From contig OZ024740.1 of NCBI GenBank assembly GCA_964016885.1, positions 310,248,001-310,312,000 of the forward strand: a DNA stretch of 64,000 nt, in the 5' to 3' direction. Numbering within the stretch: the stretch's first letter is position 1; the number at the start of each line of letters is the position of its first letter. The position numbers and the translations under genes are program-made. Below the pieces are notes generated by a model, which ran no database searches, was not told the DNA's origin, and worked only from the letters and a program-made list of their open reading frames with translations. This stretch comes from Eledone cirrhosa (Eukaryota). Below, piece by piece: positions 1 through 10,116 of this stretch.

Positions 1-40
<40 letters not shown>

Positions 41-58
41 GTGTGTGTGTGTGTGTGT
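1..58. repeat. (GT)n microsatellite
   Basis: Direct reading of the sequence. Confidence 0.98.
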
Positions 59-123
59 GACTGAAGTAATTCCGTCGGAAAGGTCCGGGAAAAAAGAGTG
101 CCCTATGTAGGTTACAGGGCGTA

Positions 124-418
124 TTAGTTGTGTAATAAACGACATAAGATAATTATTTCATTTACCAGTGGTTTCTTGAAAGCAAACAAATTTGCTTTCA
201 GTCGTCAGATTGAAAAAATCCTGCTGTTTTTATTGAATGTGGATTTGAAAACAAAAATATAAGCCTCACTTTCATATTTTTATATTTTTGATATCAAATC
301 AACATTCAATAAAAACACCAGGATTTTTTCAATCTGACGACTGAAAGCAAATTTGTTTGCTTTCAAGAAACCACTGGTAAATGAAATAATTATCTTATGT
401 TGTTTATTACATAACTAA
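124..418. repeat. Inverted repeat with ~125-bp arms (124-248 / 294-418), likely PLE pseudo-LTR derived
   Basis: Arms are near-perfect reverse complements around a 45-bp spacer; each arm carries a hammerhead motif. Confidence 0.9.
327..386 (+). ncRNA. Minimal type-I hammerhead ribozyme motif (mirror copy on - strand at ~156-215)
   Basis: CTGACGA (334-340); 10-bp helix II TGAAAGCAAA/TTTGCTTTCA; GAAA (367-370); helix III ACC-ACT-GGT; GUA triplet; imperfect helix I TTTCAAT/AATGAAA. Confidence 0.7.
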
Positions 419-509
419 AAAAAAATATTTATATATATATATCCAGTGTTAACCTAATATAAACCTTCCATATACTGTACCGATTGTGTTGTTATTTTTG
501 TTTACCTTT

Positions 510-684
<175 letters not shown>

Positions 685-1052
685 AATGGAAAACGAAGAA
701 TCAGTAATGCATCGGAACTGTTACAAATTCGAGGTGCGAACTATGTGTGGATCTACCTGACTCTAGTTTCGCAGGTTCCTCGGACACATCTATTGATTTC
801 GGATCATATCCTCTTTCTGAGGTTTTCTCGCCCTACAAGCCTATATCGACCACCTTCATCCGCTTTGCGCGTCCTTGGGTTGGTCCCTGGTTAGTGACGT
901 CATCATTATTCTGACCACTTGTATCAGCCCGGTGACTGTCAGCGCGTGGGCTGTCACTCGCCCACTGCCCCGAGTGTCTTTGGATCTGGGATTGTATTTG
1001 GAATTTTAAAATATGTTCTGGACGCTGTCCAGCACTCAGCCCTTTATTATAG

Positions 1053-1194
<142 letters not shown>

Positions 1195-1290
1195 CAAAGT
1201 GATATTTTATTTGTTGCATATTCAACAAATGTATTTATAACAGGTTCGAAGCACTCTACAGTTTTTTCTGGAGTATAATAACCATATATA

Positions 1291-1379
<89 letters not shown>

Positions 1380-1399
1380 GTATATATATTGTTATTATA

Positions 1400-2258
1400 C
1401 TGATATAGGGGTTGCCTCCCTTGCCGATCCCCACGTGGGGTCAGCAATAGTCAGTCCTTGTATTAACATTGAACTAAAACCTGTTGAGAAAGCGGCTTCC
1501 TTGTTCAATCATCTTACCAGAAGCCTAACATTATTTATTGGCAGTATCGGTAGAGGGTCGAACGCCATGCTTTGACGCATAGAGTTACGGCCCTTGCCAT
1601 TCTGAGTTCAAATTCCTCCGAGGTTAACTTTGCCTTTCATCCTTATGGGGTCGATAAAATAAAGTACCAGTAATGCACTGGGTAATTGCTGGCCTTGTGC
1701 CAAAAAGTAGAAACAATTATTTATGTAAGCGCACAGTACGTGATTTAGGAGTCACAGAAACCCAAATGCTGGATTTTACCAACATTCCAGGGGTCCGGGT
1801 AAATTTTTCAATCACATATATTTTTATTTGTTTCTCGATATTTTATTTGTATTAATCTCCAGCTATTGACCAGTTAATTTTCTTGATATTTTAGTTGATT
1901 CTATTGAATGATGAATAGCTTATGTTAACTTTAACCCTTCTGTTGAGAATTCTATTCGATTTGTGATGTTTTGCATTCTTGCAATAATATACACAACTGA
2001 ATTCATTCGCCTGATATAGGGGTTGCCTCCCTTGCCGATCCCCACGTGGGGTTAGCAATAGTCAGTCCTTGTATTAGCATTGAACTAAAACCTGTTGAGA
2101 AAGCGGCTTCCTTGTTCAATCATCTTACCAGAAGCCTAACATTATTTATGTAAGCGGACAGTACGTGATTTAGGAGTCGCAGAAACCCAAATGCTGGATT
2201 TTACCAACCTTCCAGGGGTCCGGGTAAATTTTTCAATCACATATATTTTTATTTGTTT
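1400..2258. repeat. Direct duplication (1400-1833 vs 2011-2258); the first copy carries a SINE insertion
   Basis: Near-identical text CTGATATAGGGGTTGCC...ATATATTTTTATTTGTTT occurs twice. Confidence 0.92.
1539..1715 (+). mobile_element. tRNA-derived SINE with 9-bp TSD ATTATTTAT
   Basis: A-box-like TGGCAGTATCGG, B-box GAGTTCAAAT, core GCCTTTCATCCTTA.GGGGTCGATAAAATAAAGTACCAG; empty site visible at 2141-2149. Confidence 0.92.
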
Positions 2259-2443
2259 GACCCGAATTACTTGATCGTGTTTTTGGCTGTGCAGATGATT
2301 GTTTAACCATCGTCTCAGTGTGTTTGGCCTTTAACGTTTGTTATAGTTCTGGTTCATCTGAATGATTGAGCACTTGCCACACATCTCGGAGGTTGTTTTT
2401 CGTTATTTCGTGGGCCGAAATGCGATTCTCGATAATTTATTTG

Positions 2444-2478
<35 letters not shown>

Positions 2479-3093
2479 GTATATATATAAAGATTAACAC
2501 TGATAAGTGATACAGTAGGGGTTATTTATAGCATTTACATGTTTCATTGCCCGCTGTTTTTTATTTTTTTCACAGTTTTGAATCCTATTTTCAATTATCA
2601 ATCGTGAATAATTGAATTCAAATACATTACCGGCAAATTTTCAAAACAGAGTGGCAATCTTCCTCAAAGCAGACGTTATTAATATCTATATACACACATA
2701 TACACTCACAAAAGGGAGGATGAGGAAGACAAAAGATAATATATATATATATAATTATTTATATACGTATACTGGCATCAAAACAGGATGGTAATACATG
2801 ACCAGCGAGATATACCCATGATTGCATAACTACACCTACGATTGTATGAGCATCTGATGAAGTCAGATGCATAAACATGTAATAGAAATTTATATCATAC
2901 AATAAAGCAATTATTGTGCTTTACGCCCATCTTTATTACTCTTAATTTGTTAAATTAATACTCCGTCAGTCCTAATCACCAAACTTTAGCTGAGATAAAC
3001 TAGTGACGTATTAAACTAGGATCGCTTGAACCGGCTTGTCCTCACGATGTTACAGTATCACAACCAAGTATAAGCACCTTATCGTCTTTAACT

Positions 3094-3124
<31 letters not shown>

Positions 3125-3160
3125 GGAAAAAATGAAACGAAATTTCATTTCCACTCTTAC

Positions 3161-3269
<109 letters not shown>

Positions 3270-3274
3270 GATAG

Positions 3275-4715
3275 ATTTTTTTATTAGCCACAGGGGCACA
3301 AAAGGATGGGACAAATACAAATAGGGAGTTTACATACAGGTATATGAAAATAAAACTATTAATAAAATAACAAATAACAATTGAAATCCCCAATATGGGG
3401 TTGTACACACCCCGAAAAAATGTACAACCCTCATCTCCAGGAGCACCAAGTACTCCCTTCATATCTTCCTCTTTGTCCTCAACCTACAGGCTTATATAGA
3501 GAGAAGGCCTAACCACTCGGGCCATCTTTGCCATATTCACCCACCTTTATAAAATGTGCTGGGGTACAGCACCTCTCTCTCCATCCTGATTTTTCTTCCA
3601 AAATGATATTTGAAAAAACGAATCATTGTTCGCCGGAGAGAAAGGTGTCTGACCTCAGCCCTTTTAAACACGTCCACCATATAACTTCTTTCACCATAGC
3701 CATAACACATAGGAAAACCGCCTCTCCTTCATTTTTGAAGGAGGGTGGCGGTTTGATCTTGACAATGGACTCGGTGGACTGGATTGGTCCCACCCGCGAC
3801 AATAGTCGTTCTACATAGCCCCACAGATCGGTAACGCCCGGGCAGTGTACAAATGCGTGCGCGACGGTTTCCCCGTCGCGCACGCATCTCGGACAGATCT
3901 TTTTCGAAGGGTCCCTGCCCAGGTGCCCGTGTCTGTACAGTTTGTCTCGAACTGGTAGAGCTCCTCGGTAGCACTGCCAGGCCAGGGACTTTTGGAAGTT
4001 GTCCATCGGTCCCGGGCGGAAGGTCGTCCTCCTCTACGCCCAGAATTACTCCGAGCGCGTCGTCGCACCTGCTGCAGACTAACCCTCTATAGAATGACGA
4101 AGTGGAGTCTCCACTGATCGCCTGGTCCGTTTGCCAGGGAACTGTGAGCGCCTGAGCACATTCGATGTGCCAGTCGCCCATTTTCCTCGGTCTTTGCTTT
4201 TCCCAGGACAGCAGCTCGGTCAGCAAGACGAGTCGTGGGAAGGCTCCCCTCACGAACGGGGCCCACACCGGTTGTCCGGTGATGAATACGTGGAGGTGCC
4301 GCAGCCTGAGCGCGTATTTACTCATCGTCAGCCACCACATCCCCAGCCCTCCGTTTGAAGGGTGTTGGCACAAATGGATCTTCTCACCAAAGGAGCCCGT
4401 TTCTTCCAAAGGAATTGGAAGAGCGCGTGCTCTATTTTGGTGAGCGTTTTGGCTGGACAAGGCACGACGGTCAAGCGGTAGTAGATGACTGACGCTATAA
4501 AAGTGTTCGCTACCTCCGCTTGACCTTTCAAGGATAGTTTTCACTCGGCCCACTTCTGGATGAGCGCAAACACCTTGGCCGTCACCTCGTTTCAGTTCTT
4601 CTTCACCTGGAGGTCTGGACCAAAGCAGACCCCTAGCAGCTTTACCGGTCCATCCGTCCAGCGTCCTAGGACGATATGGGAAGGCATCGGTTTGCCTCTC
4701 CACGTTCCGAGTTGC
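3275..4715 (-). mobile_element. Tx1/L1-clade LINE, 5'-truncated and frameshifted ORF2 C-terminus plus 3'UTR
   Basis: Peptides FIASVIYYRLTVVPCP, LCQHPSNGGLGM, CPRC...ETVAHAFVHC (zf-RVT-like) match the element at 47-50 kb. Confidence 0.9.
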
Positions 4716-4740
4716 AAGAGAGACATAGATAGTTAGATAG

Positions 4741-5028
4741 ATGTCTTTCTTTATTTGCCACAGGGGCGTACAAAAATGGGACATAACAAGACGTGACGGC
4801 GGGGGTTTTACATAAAAATCATATAACTTTAACATTAATAAATAACAATAAACTATATATAATAAAATAACAATTGAAATCCCGAACAGGGGGGAGCGTT
4901 ACTGCAGGGTTGATTTACACCCCGTGGATAGAACAACCCTCAACATCAGGAACACGTTTTGTAGGTGTTCCCGTCTTCCCTCTGTTTATCTTCATCAACC
5001 TACAGGTTTATACACAGAGAAGGCCCAG
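4741..5028 (-). mobile_element. Second Tx1-like 3'UTR fragment flanked by (GATA)n
   Basis: Similar to 3275-3510 (TTATT.GCCACAGGGGC...AACCTACAGG.TTATA...GAGAAGGCC). Confidence 0.8.
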
Positions 5029-5468
5029 ATAGATAGATAGATAGATATACGGAGGATATATGTGTGTGTCATTTATAAATGTGTATGTGTCTGTGTATTG
5101 TGACAGCTTAAGTGTAGCTACCTTGGAGATGAGTCATACATTGAAGTAGTTTACTAGAGTTAACATGAAATGTGCTTCTCCACGTGACAAAATGTCAATG
5201 TTTATGTTATATTTATTTTATAATTTACTTCATGATATCGGAATTTTTATCTAGAAATTTATGATGACAAATGTCTGAAGTTCAGTAAATGATGAGGCAA
5301 GATAGCATTAATAGTTAATGGACAGATGAATAGATATTTACTGCATATTAATGTCACTTGTATGGCTACTCGTACAGAAAAAGAAAGATGTTTTTAAGAC
5401 TATCGCATCTGTCTTTAATCTGTTTTTCGGACATTCTCATTATCTCCCTTTAAACACCCCCCCCCCCC

Positions 5469-5526
<58 letters not shown>

Positions 5527-5639
5527 TACATGTGTGTGTGTGTGTGTACGTGTGTGTGTGTGTGTGCGTGTGTGTGTTTGTGTGTACAATTATGTACGTA
5601 TATTTCTGAACGTGCGTGTACATTAATGAACATATATAT

Positions 5640-6401
5640 ATATTATATATAGAGTTATAAACTCAAATAGTCTTTTACAATTAAATAGCTCAAAGAAAGG
5701 AATATTTCCGAGCCGTGTAATACAAATGAATATATGATAGGGATAAACACTGATACAAGTATACCTGTGTTCGCATTGCAAATGACCAAGTTAGCTAGAT
5801 TGAAAAATACTAATTAAAATAATACGGTTTGCCTGTCTCGATTTAAAATAATAAATCAATAAAAACAAACCTATATTGGCAATAGCTGTGATACCTGGAC
5901 AAATTTTAAATTTTAAATGTTAAATTTGTTTCGCAACAATTAAGTGAAATTTCCTATTCCTGTGCTCATCCCTATCATATATTCATTTGTTTATCATATA
6001 TTCAGTGTTTATCCCTATTATATATTCATTTGTATTACACGGCTCAGAAATATTCCTTTCTTTGAGCTATTTAATTGTAAAAGACTATTTGAGTTTATAA
6101 CTCTATATATAATATTCTCAGCTCCATGCGTTGAGCTAATTTTTAGTCCCATAAAACCGGCTGCTATTTTTAGCAGCACGAGTATGGGACGTGCTAGGCG
6201 CTGTGACACATGTGCTTTCAACAACATTTCTCTCAGTCTTCTTAAGTATTTTGAAGTGAAACTTACCAATTTCTGGATACCTGCAGAAGAGTACAGGAAT
6301 AGGAAATTTCACTTAATTTTATATACTTTCAAACGTCCAATCGACTTATATGAAGGTATACGGTGCTGATGACAGCTAATAAGCTAAAAACTAGTTCATC
6401 G
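5640..6401. mobile_element. Rearranged PLE pseudo-LTR fragment with inverted repeats (5640-5753/6002-6115; 5938-5966/6290-6318) and a decayed hammerhead at 6361-6401
   Basis: Reverse-complement arms seen directly; related termini at 26150-26230 and 55960-56040; CGGTG-CTGATGA-CAGCT/AGCT-AAAA-CTAGTT-CATCG. Confidence 0.6.
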
Positions 6402-7317
6402 TTCCTTTGTCAGTGTTGAACAAAAGGGCAACGATGGTTGCCGAACACTGTACGGCTTAATTCGGGCTGTTTGTTTACAAAGAAACCGAACATCATAATA
6501 AATATTCGGTAAACCCATACGTACATATATATATATATGTGTGCATGTCTGTATGTATATACATACTACTGTACGTTCCAATGTGGTTTACAATGTTCGG
6601 TTGCACTTCCATATGCATGACTTTTCTTCAGGCAACTATAAAACAAAGATGTCTGTTATTATTTACATAAGAACTCGTTCGTTTCAAAGGGCATTAGTCT
6701 ATGTTTTAATTAATTTTCTTTTTTCTTCAATTCAGGGGGAAATAACTATTACTAATTTATGCTTGTTCTTGTGTGGATACAAGACGTAGTATATGTACTT
6801 GTTTGTATGCATTTATACGTATCCTGCTGTGTACATATTTAAGGAGGTTATTATCTTAAGCTGAATAAGTGTTGAAGATTACTATACCATATTATACTAT
6901 CTCTATAGTTTAAGGATTGTATTCCAAAAGTGATCGCTCTCTCTCTATATATAATTATATATATAAATATATACATATATTTATATATATATAAACATAT
7001 TTTTGGTATACAAGGCCCTGAACAGGAACAGTGACAACGCCAGTCACCCTTGTTCAAATTCAAAGGCTATGTTTTATAGTAAAAAAACTTACTTTGAAGC
7101 TGTTGACATTACCTTTAAATTCATAATTCGTAACTGACTCAGTGGTTATGAAATTAGAATATGTATACTCATATACACGTATAGTGTGTATATGTGTATA
7201 TACCTATATTTAGTGATACAAACTGGGGAATACGAATGCCTCATAATTAAAGGCTAATTTCGCATATTTATTTATGTAGTTCTCTTCTTGAGATAACCAA
7301 GGTAATTTAAATTATCA

Positions 7318-7548
7318 TTAAGTTAGTATGTCTTTATTCTGTATAACTTCATACACCACCAACAAGGTCCCGAGGAGAGAGAGAATAAATTGAATAATGA
7401 GTGCGTGCTTGAACGAGTTAGAAATTGAGAGTCCAGCCGGAGAGCTCCCCAGACAAACTATATTGACGTAATCACAAATGTTATTCATGGATGAATAAGA
7501 AGGAATATCTGTGCCATCCTTCTTGGTGTGCTTGTAGTTGTCCCTACC
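7318..7548 (-). CDS. Candidate terminal coding exon with hydrophobic C-terminus (possible GPI signal or TM segment); unassigned
   Basis: Non-repetitive open frame after ttcag; ...ICDYVNIVCLGSSPAG...ALIIQFILSLLGTLLVV..*; weak polypyrimidine tract; no partner exons found. Confidence 0.25.
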   Translation of the reverse strand, partial: GRDNYKHTKKDGTDIPSYSSMNNICDYVNIVCLGSSPAGLSISNSFKHALIIQFILSLLGTLLVVYEVIQNKDILT

Positions 7549-8297
7549 TGAACTTTTGTATTGCAAACTTTATTGATAATCATTATTCCTGACAATGTTG
7601 TAATTTCTGTTGTTGCAGCAGCTGTCGTTAACGTCAATGTAATTAAACATTTTATTTCTCATTTCTACTTAAACAAGTCTACTGCAGGAGACAAGATCGT
7701 TGTGCATGTTCGATTTCCTATTGAAATCCACTTCCTTTTCTTTGGAACAACAAAATACTCAAACACACACACATACATACATACATACATACATACATAC
7801 ATACATACATACATACATACATACATACATACATACATACATTCATACATATATATATATCGATTTTGAGATAGCCACCAGTTGATACTCTTCACACATT
7901 ATTTTGCACAAACATGAATCTTTGACCCTGCCAAAAGTTTACATTCTTTCAGCATATGGTACACCGAAGGAAATATACATTTATTGGCTCATAGAACACA
8001 CGTGAATCGAAAGAATCAAACAATGAATTGCTGCCAGGTTTTTCCGATCGCTCGTTCTGATTCTCAAGAATGAAATTACCCAGATGGATGTTGCCTCATG
8101 ATCTTTCTGTTTCCAAAACACAGTTACAGTTATATATCAAGAAAATAAAAAGTCCCCCAAATTTTATTAAGCACTCAGTGAAAAATGTCTGATTGCGACT
8201 GCGTATAAGGGATTGTTCCGAATTGCGTCCGGTTTCAACATTTAATATATCGGGATATAAATTCGTAACTGTTTTGGAACCAAAAAGATCATGAATT

Positions 8298-8369
<72 letters not shown>

Positions 8370-8373
<4 letters not shown>

Positions 8374-8562
8374 AAAAGAGTCAGAACCCCGACGGGTGAG
8401 CTCCGGTCGTTTCGACAGCTACACCTAGCTGTTCTAGCTGTTGAAACGGCCGGAGCTCAGCCGTCGGGGTCCTGACTCTTTTCCTATTACCCACCCTACT
8501 ACCCAGTATCGAGTACTTTGGTGCGTTATGGCACACCTGGTTACTTACCACCCCTCCTTCGT

Positions 8563-8564
<2 letters not shown>
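8370..8564 (+). mobile_element. Short TA-flanked inverted element (family H), copy A
   Basis: Ends CTTCGTTA(TA)n; ~51-bp foldback 8370-8421/8435-8486; six copies in the window. Confidence 0.85.
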
Positions 8565-8599
<35 letters not shown>

Positions 8600-8809
8600 A
8601 CGTGTGTGTGTGTACATATATATATATATACAAATACTCCGTTTTACATTAACTAACTGTTCCCATAAATGGAATTGGAGATATACAAATGCGTGGTGAA
8701 CTTAATATTGCCAACAAAAGTTTATTGGACCGTATGACACAACTAATAATACAACTTACTATATAACAACTATATATATATATATACAATGATATTAAAT
8801 AAATGGAGA

Positions 8810-9132
8810 CTATATTTATAAAACCACATTTATTTTATTATATATATTTCAAGGGTACCAAGACAACATTGGTACGCTTTCATCAGATAAAATACAAAGT
8901 TTGTTTTATAAATAGAGACATACCCATGAAGATCATACCCTATCGGTTGGAAATTCACTGTATAGTCATCCAGGGATAACTTGAACCGTTAAGGTATATT
9001 ATTCTTGGTCATGTCAAAATATTTATAAAACAATTTGTATTTTATGTGATGATAGCGTACCAAAATGTTTGGTACCCTTGAAATATAAATAATAGAATAA
9101 ATATGGTTTTATAAATATAGTTTCCATTTCAA

Positions 9133-9222
<90 letters not shown>

Positions 9223-9460
9223 GCAAAGAGATATTTAATTTGTTGGTTATTCAACAAATTTATTTATAACATATTCGAAGCACTCTACAATTTTCTGGAG
9301 CATAATATCAATCATATTAATAAAAGGAAACTATATTTATAAAACGATATTTATTTTATTATATATATTTCAAGGGTACCAACAGATAAAATACAAAATT
9401 TGCTTTATAAATGGTGACATACCCAAGAAACCAGACCAGACTTTATCGGTTCAGGTTCAG
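8810..9460. mobile_element. Three related PLE pseudo-LTR-like segments (8810-8950, inverted 9023-9130, direct 9330-9455)
   Basis: Shared TATATTTATAAAAC..ATTTATTTTATTATATATATTTCAAGGGTACCAA; 9230-9310 also resembles 1195-1283. Confidence 0.75.
8831..8894 (-). ncRNA. Minimal type-I hammerhead ribozyme with intact core
   Basis: Minus strand reads TATTTTAT-CTGATGA-AAGCGTACCAA-tgttgtc-TTGGTACCCTT-GAAA-TATATA-TA-ATAAAATA: 8-bp helix I, 11-bp helix II with one mismatch, palindromic helix III, AUA triplet. Confidence 0.8.
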
Positions 9461-9462
9461 TT

Positions 9463-9517
<55 letters not shown>

Positions 9518-9520
<3 letters not shown>

Positions 9521-9700
9521 ACGAAGGAAATGTGGTAAGGAACCAGGTGGACCATAAGGCACCAAAGTACTCAATACTTAGGGTAGTAGAGTGGGTAATA
9601 GGAACGAGTAGGACCCCGACGGCTAATTCTGGACTAAAATCATTTTAGTCCAGAACTAGCCGTCGAAAGGGCTTGAGCTCAGCCGTCGGGGTCCTACTCG

Positions 9701-9703
<3 letters not shown>
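9518..9703 (-). mobile_element. Family H copy B
   Basis: TAACGAAGG..GTGGTAAGGAACCAGGTGGACCATAA..; foldback 9602-9624/9681-9703 with an internal long hairpin. Confidence 0.85.
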
Positions 9704-9753
<50 letters not shown>

Positions 9754-10069
9754 CTCAAGGAGACAAAAACAGAGGTGATGAATGGGCAAATGGATAAATG
9801 AATGTATGGATAAGAAATCTAAAAGTTTACTAGTGCAATGTATATTGTTGCAATTCTACTGATTGTATTGGCAATGGTTGTATACGATATTATATCCATG
9901 GTTAATGATAATTGTCTGACTGAACTTGTATGGGCTTCCAAACCGCTTTTTTGCCGAATGCTTGGAAGTGCGATATATGTAACTGTTTCGCTGTAGTGTA
10001 ACATTCTGAGAAATAATAAAAGGAATACACCAACTTTATAAAAAAGGAAACAAAATACAACAGTATCAA

Positions 10070-10116
<47 letters not shown>

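Noticed and set aside
1539-1625. tRNA gene at SINE heads
   Set aside because: A and B boxes are present, but no cloverleaf or terminator; always continues into the SINE body
2855-2885. CTGATGA..AAACATGTA as a hammerhead (also bare CTGATGA at 11404, 15751, 34383)
   Set aside because: Helix II or GAAA cannot be formed convincingly
3729-4835. 368-aa ORF as a standalone gene
   Set aside because: Chimeric frame running through frameshifted Tx1 ORF2 and flanking repeat
9819-10007. Minus-strand exon after a strong acceptor (tatttctcag)
   Set aside because: No recognisable peptide in any frame and no linked exon
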